Positions 25,084 to 38,482 of a stretch of 64,000 nucleotides of DNA are shown here, piece by piece. The notes under the pieces are model-generated. The model was not told the DNA's origin, did not search any database, and was given only the letters and a program-made list of their open reading frames with translations. The stretch is from the NCBI GenBank assembly GCA_964016885.1, contig OZ024741.1:346580001-346644000 (forward strand), given 5' to 3'. Both the position numbers and the translations under genes were made by a program. Position 1 is the stretch's first letter. The number at the start of each line of letters is the position of its first letter. The DNA is from Eledone cirrhosa (Eukaryota).

Positions 25084-25993
25084 AAACAAATAACGAAACG
25101 AAATTAAATTTCGTTTCGTTTGTAACTCACTTTTGTATGACTGACGCTTAAACAATTAAGTTAAAAATGTAGATCTACATATGCATACTGAAATACTAGT
25201 GTGCATATGAATACACACACGTATACATATGTAGATGTAACAAGTCTTTCACTGGTTACTTTACTGTGAGTAACCCAGCTATTCTGTATGTAAACACACA
25301 GACAAACCGGTTTTTAGAGTCATACTGGTTTTCGAGGAAACACCTTTCCTCTATTCTCCAGAAAGCCAGACAAGGAATATTGAACTAGTTTCGTTGTTGT
25401 TACAACTCATCAGCAATATTTACCTATCTACCGGCCTTTCTGGAGAATCGTAAAAGCACATATCGTTATATGCTTTTTCTATGAAAATTAGTAGTGGGCA
25501 GACTAATTTGCATAGAGTGTGAGTACGCACCGGTTCAGCGGAGACGATAAAAACAAATAACGAAACGAAATTAAATTTCGTTTCGTTTGTAACTCACTTT
25601 TGTATGACTGACGCTTAAACAATTAAGTTAAAAATGTACATCTACATATGCATACTGAAATACTAGTGTGCGTACTCACACTCTATGCAAATTAGTCTGC
25701 CCACTACTAATTTTTATAGAAAAAGCATATAACGATATGTGCTTTTACGATTCTCCAGAAAGGCCGGTAGATAGGTAAATATTGCTGATGAGTTGTAACA
25801 ACAACGAAACTAGTTCAATATTCCTTGTCTGGCTTTCTGGAGAATAGAGGAAAGGTGTTTCCTCGAAAACCAGTATGACTCTAAAAACCGGTTTGTCTGT
25901 GTGTTTACATACAGAATAGCTGGGTTACTCACAGTAAAGTAACCAGTGAAAGACTTGTTACATCTACATATGTATACGTGTGTGTATTCATAT
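25084..25993 (-). mobile_element. 467-nt HHR unit (about 1.25 copies) with a 325-bp 5' inversion
   Basis: Direct repeat 25084-25204 / 25551-25671. 25668-25993 is the reverse complement of 25205-25530. Related to the 400-nt family. Confidence 0.85.
25778..25822 (+). ncRNA. Canonical minimal type I hammerhead (mirror copy at 25376-25420 minus)
   Basis: AATATTG-CTGATGA-GTTGT AACA ACAAC-GAAA-CTAG-TT-CAATATT. Confidence 0.9.
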
Positions 25994-27500
<1,507 letters not shown>

Positions 27501-27504
<4 letters not shown>

Positions 27505-27943
27505 ATATTAACAAATGGAAACTATATTTATAAAACCATATCTATTTCATTATACATATTTCAAGGGCCACCAGAGCAAACTACGGTGCGATTTCATTAG
27601 ATAAAATATAATATAGGTTAGTTTTATAAATAAATATTGACATACCCTTAAAAAATGCAACCATTCTGGTTGGAATCTCCGGAGATTCCAACCAGAATGG
27701 TTGCATTTTTTAAGGGTATGTCAATATTTATTTATAAAACTAACCTATATTATATTTTATCTAATGAAATCGCACCGTAGTTTGCTCTGGTGGCCCTTGA
27801 AATATGTATAATGAAATAAATATGGTTTTATAAATATAGTTTCCATTTGTTAATATATTGTATATTTACTCCAGTGCTTTATATTATATATCAGTTATAA
27901 AAATATTTTGCTTGTTGTATCCTAACAAATTAAATATAACCTC

Positions 27944-27945
<2 letters not shown>
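27501..27945 (+). mobile_element. 360-bp spacer-less palindrome (27501-27860) plus 85-bp tail, carrying mirrored HHR-like motifs
   Basis: Centre TGGAATCTCC|GGAGATTCCA at 27680/1. TATTTTAT-CTAATGA-...-GAAA-TATGTA-TA-ATGAAATA at 27753-27818. Confidence 0.8.
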
Positions 27946-27992
<47 letters not shown>

Positions 27993-27997
<5 letters not shown>

Positions 27998-30099
27998 TAT
28001 CACACGCACACACTTCTACCAACATCAAAACATCTTGGCAGATCTTTGTAGACACTGTCACAAATATATGTACAAAACACACCCCACCAAAACCTGTGAA
28101 CAAAACCAAGTGCAGTATCCCCCAAAACAGAAAAACAATTACCAGAAAAATAAAACGAACAAACAAAAAAGTTAACACAGTAAAATACAGCAACACACAC
28201 ATTCAATGGCTATCACCCTGCTTGAGTAAAAAAAAATATAACCTCCAGCTATGCATGATGACCATCATCAATAACCAGAGAATAGCTGAAGGGAGGTGGT
28301 CCATTGAGAAAATCCAACTCAACCCCAAAGTGTTCTTATCATTCGCTAAAAAACACAAGGTCACCGACTCCACTGTTGGCCCCCTAGTTGATGAAAATGG
28401 CACACACCAGGACAATGCCAAAACCATGGGCGAGATACTGCAGAAACAATACAGCTCTGTTTTCAGCAACCGTGATATGGCCGATCTGGGCCGTATCAGT
28501 GATATTAACCCCCAACACACTATATCAGACACAACGTTTGGTGCCCCTGATGTCTTAGCGGCAATTTAAGAATTTAAACGCAATTCAGCAGTAGGCCCCC
28601 ACAGGTTCCCTGCTTGTGTCCTGAAGGTGTGTCGACACCAACTTGCAACTCCTGTTTCTAATCTGTGGAGGAACTCACTGGACACTGGCTATATTCCTGA
28701 AAACTCTCTGTCCCAGTCCGTTGTCCCAGTCTTCAAAAAGGGAAATAAGTCCCTTGCAGTGAACTACCGCCCGATCTCACTCACCTCTCATATTATCAAG
28801 GTATTTGAGAGGGTGGTGAGATCACGAATAAACCACTTTCTTGAAAGCAACGGCCTGATGAACTCCAACCAACATGGTTTCGGTAATGGAAGGGACTGCC
28901 TAACGCAGATCCTGCATCATTTTGACGATGTTTTGAGAGCCTTGGGAGATGGCTCCTACACTGATGTCATCTACCTTGATTTCAGCAAGGCCTTCGACAG
29001 GGTTGATCATAAGATTCTACTGAAAAAAATATCCAATGTTGGTGTCTCTGGAAGGTTACTACAGTGGATCAAATATTTCCTGACAGGCAGAACCTAGTAT
29101 GTTGTAGTCGAAGGAGTAAAATGAAGCCCTGCCAAAGTCAGCAGTGGCGTCCCACAAGGCACTGTGTTGGGCCCACTTCTTTTCATCATCTACATTAATG
29201 ACATTACTGACATCATCAAACACAGTAATATCAGAATCTTCGCAGATGATTCCAAGCTCCAAAGGGTCATCAATGAGGTGGGTGACCGGACTTGCCTTCA
29301 GTCAGACCTACTGTCTGTTATCCAATGGGCAGAGATGAATAATATGCTGTTGAATGAGGATAAATGTGAACTAATCCACTTTAGAAAAAAGGATGCCCTG
29401 AAACTACCATACTCTCTTCCTTCGGGTGAAACTCTAGTGGCTTCCAATATCATCAGAGACCTGGGAGTAATTGTCGACAACAATATAAGCAGGGCCCTCA
29501 TATAAACAGCAACATTGATATGGCCCGCAGAATGTGTTCCTGGATTCTCAGAACTTTCCAGTCGAGAGATATCCACACTTTTGCCCGACCCCACCTTGCA
29601 TACTGTTGTCCACTGTGGTCACCCCACACGAAACAAAGTTGAAAGTTGAAGCACCCCAAAGGTCAATTACAAAAAAGATAGTTGGCATAACAGGCCTTGA
29701 CTAATGGGGTCGTTTAGAAAAGCTCAAACTTTATTCTCTTTAACGTCGCCGTGAGCGCTACATTATCTGTATGATGTGGAAAATATTCCATCAGCTTAGC
29801 CCAAATGATGTTGGCATCACTTTTAGTGTACACCCAAGGTTTGGGCCCCGTGCTATCTGCCCACGACAAAAATCTCACTCGTATCACATAACAACAATAC
29901 GGCACAATTATTTCACCTCAATTGGCCCTGCACTCTTTAACATTACACCAAAACACATCAAAGTAGAGACAGACCCCATCAAGTTCAAGAAGTCTTTGGA
30001 TAAATTGGGCCATGGGGCCCAAACACTGATTTGTAAGACTTAGCCAGGTGGTGCTATTAAGTTAGACATGTCTAACTTAATAGCACCACCTGGCAAAGT

Positions 30100-30102
<3 letters not shown>
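27993..30102 (+). mobile_element. 5'-truncated CR1-group (Jockey/CR1/L2-like) LINE, RT pseudogene ~28270-30000
   Basis: PVFKKG, NYRPISLTS, NQHGF, YLDFSKAFDRV, SGVPQGTVLGPLLF, IFADD, RDLGV. Multiple stops. Confidence 0.88.
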
Positions 30103-30165
<63 letters not shown>

Positions 30166-30171
<6 letters not shown>

Positions 30172-30351
30172 TAACAGATTAAAGTTTAAGCAAAGAATCG
30201 GTGCTTTCACCCTTAACGGGATCTTCTGAAAAAGGGTGAAAGCAGCGATTCTTTATTTTAATAAATATTTGTTCTACGGTTCTTATATATTTGATATATA
30301 TTTATCCTTATCGAGCCCTCTTTGGATTTTAGTCTTCAAATATATTATTAT

Positions 30352-30355
<4 letters not shown>
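30166..30355 (+). repeat. Second copy of the 11621 fold-back family
   Basis: Same start and tail as 11621-11800, different inversion point. Confidence 0.75.
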
Positions 30356-30400
<45 letters not shown>

Positions 30401-30931
30401 TGAAATAAGGTTTCGCTTCAAGCATAGCTTTATACAACATGTATAGAAATTTCGTATTTCTAAAGAAATACGGTTTTAGGAAGCCGTAGCTATGCAAACA
30501 CCGGGGGTCTAACGCCCTCTGGTGGTGTCCAACAGAAGCACGGGGTCAACCGTCTATGCATTTCAGGATTCACTGGCCTTCTTCAGGACGTTCTCTCCAA
30601 ATCGCTTGCTACTGCTGGGCTAGAAGACAGTCGAGAATACATAGTTTTCTCGCCTGTGTAAATGAGGTGGTTAATCTCATTTGCATATGAAGCTGCATAA
30701 ATTGGCTCAACTTATAATAGAAAAGAAATTTCTTTTCTATTATAAGTTGAGCCAATTTATATTTAAGTATCAGCCGTACTAAGAGTGAGAAATGAAATTT
30801 CATTTTTTCAAGTTATCGTTTTCGGTACGCCTGGCCGACAAACTCACTCTATATGCAAATTAGGCTCAGCCTTTAATATGCAAAAGGAAAGAATATACTT
30901 TGTAACGTTCATTCGACTGACAGGAAGGTAT

Positions 30932-30974
30932 ACGGTGCTGATGACAGCTAATAAGCTAGAAACTAGTTTATCGT
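30932..30974 (+). ncRNA. Type I hammerhead
   Basis: ACGGTG-CTGATGA-C AGCT AATA AGCT A-GAAA-CTAG-TT-TATCGT. Confidence 0.8.
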
Positions 30975-31331
30975 TCCTTTGTCACTGTTGAACAAAAGGG
31001 CAATGATGGTTGCCGAACACTGTACGGCTGAATTCGGGCTGTTTGTTTACAAACAAACCGAACATTAAATTTAATGCATATATATATGTGTGTATGTATG
31101 TATATAGATACAACTGTACGTCTGTATACATATATGTATGTACGTATACATACTTATATTCAAGTATCAGCCGTACTAAGAGTGAGAAATGAAAATTCAT
31201 TTTTTCCATTTATCGTTTTTGGTACGCCCGGCTGACTAATTCACTCGATATGCAAATTAGGCTGATCAGCTGTTAATATGCATGAGGAAAGTATATACTT
31301 TGAAACGTTCAATCGACTGACAGGAAGGTAT

Positions 31332-31374
31332 ACGGTGCTGATGACAGCTAATAAACTAGAAACTAGTTCATCGT
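31332..31374 (+). ncRNA. Type I hammerhead
   Basis: ACGGTG-CTGATGA-C AGCT AATA AACT A-GAAA-CTAG-TT-CATCGT. Confidence 0.75.
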
Positions 31375-32146
31375 TCTTTGTCAGTGTTGCAAAAAGGGGC
31401 AAAGATGGTTGCCGAACACTGTACGGTTTAATTCGGGCTGTTTGTTTACAAACAAACCGAACATTATAATAAATGTTCGGTAAACACATACGTACATATA
31501 TATATGTGTGCATGTATATATGTATATACATACTACTGTACGTCTGTATACATATATGTATGTACGTATACATACTTATATTTAAGTATCAGTCGTACGA
31601 AGAGTGAGAAATGAAATTTCATTTTTTCCATTTATTTATATATATATTTATATATATGCTTACATATATATATTTGCTGGAATTGTGTTACGCAATGTTT
31701 TATGGACTTTATCTAGGTAGCAACAGATAATATTGAGAATAAATCGAATAAAAAAATCTACAAAAGATAATTAATAACAAAAAAATGTGTACAGAATATA
31801 TTCATAACATATTCAGTTTCTTTATATTAGACATATAGAATTAGGTTTGTCGCTACTTTTTAATGGAGGATAAACAATTTTATTACTTATATATATATAT
31901 ATATATATAATATATATATATATGTGCAATTACACATTATTTATAAACATCAATAAACAGAGTATTACACATACACACACACACGCAGACACACACACAA
32001 ACACACCAACACACACATACACACCAACACACACACACCTCACATACGCATACACACCAACACACGCACACACATATATATATATAAATGTATATATATA
32101 TATATATATGTGTGTATGTGTATATTTATATATATATATATATGTG

Positions 32147-32193
<47 letters not shown>

Positions 32194-32642
32194 GTGTGTG
32201 TGTGTCTGTATATATATATATATATATATAATTATATATATATATGTGTGTGTGTGTTTGCATATATATATATATATATATATGTCTGTCTGTGATTGAA
32301 TATTTGTGTGTGGAGAGAGAAGGGCAGAAAGACAGAAAGCGAGATCGATAAATAATGTGTGAGAATGAGAATGAGCATGAGAGAGAGAGAATGAGAAAAA
32401 GAGAGGTTGGGGGGTAGAGATAATTGATTAACGGGAAATGACAATACTGTATATGTATATAATTTCATTAAACCAAAATGTAAAATTTGCAATAAAATAG
32501 CTGCTACATTACTGAAATTTATTAGATTTCATTCAGAAGTCATTTTCCAATACATTGTGCCAATTTCTGATAACACACACACACACACACACACTCATAC
32601 ACACATACACACACACATATATATATATATATAAAACATATA

Positions 32643-32689
<47 letters not shown>

Positions 32690-33332
32690 AACAGACATAA
32701 CTTCGTACATGATACAGCAATATATTTAAACATACATTCACAATTTTTCACCACTATATATATACGTACGTCTACATATTATATTTATGTGAATACAGAA
32801 ACTTGATTAGCAAGCTAAATTTAAATATCCACAATATATCATTTACACATTATTTATAAACATCAATAAACAAAGAACTACACACATACACACACACCAA
32901 CACACTAACACACACACATACACACACACATACTCTCTCTCACATACACACGCACTCACACACACACACATACTCTCTCTCACATACACATACATATAAA
33001 GATATGTGGCGATAGGTATGTGTATGGACACATATGTGTATGCATACACACACATATACAGATGAATTCATATCTATATATATATACGTATTGACGTTGT
33101 TAAAGTAATGCATTAAGGGGCTGAAATTGATGAATAAATACTTAAATTTTAAAAATGAATTAAAAAGAGTATGTCCACATATAAGATCCAATTTATCTCT
33201 TAGACAGAAAGAATACAGTTCCACAAACACAATATACCACCTTCTTACAGCTAACTTAGACAACTAAATTGGGCTCAAAGCTACGCACACGTTACACTTC
33301 AATGAAGCCAAGCACGGTTAAGAACAATAAGT

Positions 33333-33510
<178 letters not shown>

Positions 33511-34121
33511 GATGCATATGTCACATAACACACTCCATATGTATGAATCATTTAAATATAAATAATCACACGCACAAGTACTCAAACACTAGGCCTTAAT
33601 AAAAGAAACAGACATGTATTACAAAAATCCATATAATTATACACGGTAACACGAGAGCACAATATACACACTATATAGACTATAGCAATTACATTATGCA
33701 GTCGGGGCCGCGGGGCGACCTGCACATAGGCCCCAATTTGTGTATAATAGTGAAAGCTGGGGAGACAGAGAGAGACGGAGGCGGTGACAATGGAAATTTG
33801 ATTCTATTATGTTCAAGCCTAGTTAGGCATTTTTTGTTTAATGTTTTGTTCTTTGATCAAAGAAATTCCCGTTCTGACGATTCTAAATATATAATGTATT
33901 CGATGAATTTGAAGGAAGCTGGGTGTAGATGAAAGAGAATAGATAAACATGATGTGAAACGACGAGAATCTGCAGAATAAATTTTTTCTTCAAAAATATT
34001 TTCTACGATATATGCCAAAATTACAATTATAACTCTAAAAATACAGACACAGGATTTTTCTGTCCCTGAATGAGCAAAAAATGATTATTACATTATAATT
34101 ACCTCCCTGTATTTGACGTAA

Positions 34122-34650
34122 TCTATATATAATATAAAAGAGATGTTTGTTAGTTGGCCGGCTGGTTGGCTCCTACGCGCAATCGAAATGTAAGTACAGG
34201 ACTCGAATAAGGGTATACCCAGGAAGATTTATTGATACGAATTTTATAAAATCAAAGAAGAAAAGCATCCCGGGTATGCTAACCAAACTGACTGCTATTT
34301 CTAGTAGGGTGGGAATCAATTTCCATCGTCCTTTTGAGAAACGTGATTTAGAGTCAGACGAAAGATGAACCATCTCCTAGAGATCATTATTCTTGGAGGA
34401 ACTCATCAAGGTGAAAATGCATTCATTCTCAAGATGCCTCTTATCCCTTCCTCTATCGGGTTTCCATTCAAATTCTCAAGACTTCAGTTGCCTGTTAGAG
34501 CCAGTTTTGCTATTACTATAAATAAAGCTAAAGCTCAGAGTTTCAAAGTTGTAGGATTGAAGAGAATCGCTTTTTACCCATGGATAGTTATATGGAGATT
34601 GTTCCCGAGTCGGATCACCTAGAAACCTTCATTTACTATGCACGGACGGT
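34122..34650 (+). mobile_element. Non-autonomous Helitron fragment with C-terminal Pif1-like helicase remnant
   Basis: Starts A|TCTATATATAATATAAAAG. Encodes MPLIPS..FPFKFSRLQLPVRASFAITINKAKAQSFKVVG and, after a frameshift, FTHG*LY..CSRV. Confidence 0.8.
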
Positions 34651-34651
34651 A

Positions 34652-34790
34652 AGCATAATTACGTCCCTTTACTGTCTGAGTTCAAATCCCGACGAGGTTA
34701 TCTTTTCCTTTCATTCCTACGGGGTCGATAAAATAAAGTACCAGCAATGTACTGGGTAATTGCTGGCCTTCTGCTAAAAGTAGAAACAAT
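34652..34790 (+). mobile_element. SINE, 5'-truncated
   Basis: GAGTTCAAATCCC...GGGGTCGATAAAATAAAGTACCAG...GTAGAAACAAT. Confidence 0.85.
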
Positions 34791-35044
34791 ATATATATAT
34801 ATGTGTGTGTGTGTGGTGTGTGTGTATAAATATATATGTCACATTTGTTACAGAAATGGCTTCTACGTGTCTAGAACTGCCTCACTGGTGAGTTCTTTCG
34901 AATGAAATATTTCTAGTCTTGTTGAATCCATTTCTATTTCAAATTTGATGTTGACAAACTACTAATATATTGAATATTTTCCTTACCGATTGTCCTGAAG
35001 TCACACACACACACACACTACACACACACACTACACACACACAT

Positions 35045-35078
<34 letters not shown>

Positions 35079-35204
35079 GTACACATTCGTCTACTGACAA
35101 AGTAATGCAACATTTGGCATATATTGATGCACTTATGCTGCCACTGTAAATGGCAAATTGCTTCTGTCAGTACAGTCTGCACTTGCAGAAACCCATTAGG
35201 TCAA

Positions 35205-35356
35205 GGACGATACAACGCTCCATTACATATATACATTTTGTTATCTCTGAGAATAGTTAGCTCGTTTATACCTTCAAACTATATCTTATTGAGTGAGTAA
35301 TTGAGAGAACAAACGAGATTAGAGAAAATACGTATCCTATATCCTCGATAATAGAC

Positions 35357-35362
<6 letters not shown>
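35205..35362. repeat. Old dispersed ~155-bp repeat ending at (TA)n; second copy at ~41655-41812
   Basis: Shared GCTCCATTACA.ATATACAT, CAAACTATA, ATTGAGTGAGTAAT, CCTATA.CCTCG and TAGACTAT. Confidence 0.65.
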
Positions 35363-35437
<75 letters not shown>

Positions 35438-36554
35438 TATGTGTGTGTGTGTGTGTGTATATCTATATATACATATATATATGGGGATGTACGGCAGCTG
35501 TCATGTTCGATATATTGTGTTATGAATTAATGAAGTGCTTGAATGATTTGTAATTTGAAACTATCGGAATACATATCGCTCGAAATATCTGTATTAACAG
35601 ACAATCGATATAAATGATAAATGAGAAGGTTGGGTGCAACAGAAACGAATACCGCATTTCTAGAATATCGGCGGAGGCTTTTAGCCATTATGCGAAGGGT
35701 TTTCTTACCACGAATTCCATCAAATTTAATATGCTATAATGAACATCTAACGGCGTTAGCGATAAAAGTAATCAACCCTTAGGAACTATCAAATCGTTTC
35801 GGTGACTTGAAATTTGAAAATGTGAAATAGTTTTATGTGCATTAAAATCATGTTCACTTCAAAATGAATTGTGGAAACGTGTTCCTCTAGTTCTATGTTG
35901 TATGCTCATCAACATCTTCAGAGGAAGCAATTAATTCATTTGTAGGACAAGGAAGAATTAGCTACTCTCAGACTCTAGTTGTGGAACTGTTGTCTGTACC
36001 TGGTATGTATTCTATTAACAGGAATGCCATGAGAAATTGTCATAAACAACAAAGGAAGATAATTCCTATAACAACGGATTCTCAGTTGGCGGATAGAGAA
36101 ACGGACAATAAACATCAAGAAAAGATGCAAATATATTGTTCCCCCAGTAAATACCGTGTTGTCATTTGGCCAGGCATATTATTTGGCACCCATCGGCCAA
36201 TATGCATTAGAATGAACCATTTGGGAATTAGGTATGTTAAGTTTGTTTTAGAAGTGAGCACTGATCAAAATTTCCCTCAGTTTCCAGTGCTATTTTGACT
36301 AGTTGAAGATAAACAAATTTAATGAATCTACTCCTTTTCTTGAACAATAGTAAAAGAGAGGTTATGCGTGTTCAAATATTCTAAATAATTGCTTTTGTAA
36401 CGCACACTGCTAATTTCGTGCTACAGTCTTTCGGTGTATAGCATCGTCTTGGCGAGAATTTATTGAGATGTTTTTTGAGCTCCCTTATACCTGACTGTCG
36501 TACCGTCCAATTCTCATGTTTGTGAGGTCTGCAATCTTTCAGGACAATGCTAGT

Positions 36555-36782
36555 TTACCCCTTTAGCATTTAAACCGCCATATCCGGCCATAATTCTCTC
36601 ACCTCTTTCTGTTCAAACCGTCCGAAACCGGCTGTTATTTCTTATGTTAAGGTATTGTTCTCAAAATAAATAATATCACAATCTCATAGATTCGATATTA
36701 TGTTAGATAATTATGTGAGATAAAGTATTTACCATGAAAATACAATAGTAAATATAGAGTAATGTAAATGCTAAAGGTGTAA
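36555..36782. mobile_element. piggyBac-like MITE (degenerate)
   Basis: Ends TTACCCCTTTAGCATTTA / TAAATGCTAAAGGTGTAA resemble TTAA-CCC...GGG-TTAA. Confidence 0.6.
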
Positions 36783-37099
36783 CGGAATGTTTCCATTATG
36801 AGTGTTGCAAACTCAGAAACACTTTTCTTACATAAGATTTCAATAGAAAAAAGAATATGTTTAATCTTATATATTTGGCAGCAGTTACTACAAGTGTTGT
36901 TTGTGTCACAACTGCGGAATCATGTGCTGTGTTACCTGCTATTGAATATTATTTCGCCTTTCATTTTCCCAAGAAATATTTTTCGAAACATGATCAGAGC
37001 AAAGAGAAAAGATGAATTGATGGATGCAGCTAAAAAAAACCATATTCTTGCTAGATACGCTTTTTGCAAGCTTTATTTGACCTCCCTAATGGTAAACCA

Positions 37100-37281
37100 C
37101 TGACAAAATATCGGGAGCGGGTCGGACGACATGCTTTGACACATAGAGTTACAGCCCTTGCCATTCGAGTTCAAATCCCGCCAAGATTAACTTTGCCTTT
37201 CATCCTTAAGGGGTCGGTAAAATAAAGTATCAGTAATGCACTGGTTAATTGCTGGCCTTGTGCCAAAAGTAGAAAAAATAT
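37100..37281 (+). mobile_element. SINE
   Basis: Box B GAGTTCAAATCCC, with the same core and tail as 2043-2232. Confidence 0.85.
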
Positions 37282-38415
37282 TCAAACATCCACATAATGT
37301 TATAAATGGAAGTATCTAAAATCAAATCCAGTTAACACGGAGCGTTAATACCATTTCACTTTAAAATAAAAAAGAAATCATTTTTTTGGTGTAAAAGTTT
37401 ATTATTTCTCTATTGTAAAAATATACGTTCTATTAGTGTGAAAGAATTCTTTGTTTTTGCACTTTCATACATAATTCAGCTGGTTAATATGTTCATACAA
37501 AGGATCTTTGTCAGATGATTTCCTCAATTCTAAATAGAAAGCTATTAATATTTTTTGGTGAATTATGTTATTATTTCACATTGCTTTTGTGTACTAGAAG
37601 TGTATTTATGCATTGCATCTATACCATTGAAACATATATAGATGATATTTATAGGGCAACAAAGAAACATACCTAAACATAACTTTACGTTTTATTTTAT
37701 ACACATCAACAAAGAAAATGTTTTACGTTCATACATGTTACCTTGTTTTAAAAAGGTGAGTTGGATAATTCGCATGGAAATAAGACATAGTGCAACATAC
37801 AGATTTGTTTGATTAAGATATATTTTGCATTAGTCAAGCTGATCGAGAGACGTAAATATCTTTTATTTACTTTTCCATGTGTTAGATGATCATGGTAAAA
37901 GGCAGAAATAAACTGCATTTAACATATATGTAGTTAAAATAGTAGAACTAGTTATCTCTAGAATATTCCTCATGCAAAATGTTTATGATTATTTAAGAGA
38001 GCTGAATAAGAGTCAATGTTGCTATATGATGTTTGTTCCTGGTGTGTGTACGTGTGTGAAAAGAGCTGAAGAATGTCAGTTACTAGATATGTTTGGTGTC
38101 GAGAAAACGGCAAAAATCAAGTCTCGTACTCTATTTACATAGACACAAATTCAGTTCACAAATTACTACTCATTGGTTAACTGAAATAACACACGTAGTA
38201 AAACAATCAACGTAAATTATCTGAAGCAAAATAGAACCACTATACATTAAATATTTACTGCAAAGTTTTTCATCAATAAATATCATATTTTTAGTCCATC
38301 ATTAAATATTGGATTGACTAGGGGACATCCTGTTATAAATATGCAGCAGGACATTCAACCGGATGTCATTTGCGTAGATATGAGAGTGTGTGTGCGAGAG
38401 AGAGAGAGAGAAATG

Positions 38416-38482
<67 letters not shown>

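Larger units (their letters stand above)
30760..31632 (+). mobile_element. Tandem array (~2.1 units) of a ~400-nt non-coding HHR repeat: non-LTR retrozyme candidate
   Basis: Unit marker G(C/T)CGTAC(T/G)AAGAGTGAGAAATG at 30773, 31170 and 31592. The two HHRs are exactly 400 nt apart. Confidence 0.85.

Noticed and set aside
30460-30595. Minus-strand CTGAAGA with a structured GC-rich segment
   Set aside because: No GAAA, palindromic stem III or stem I could be placed convincingly.
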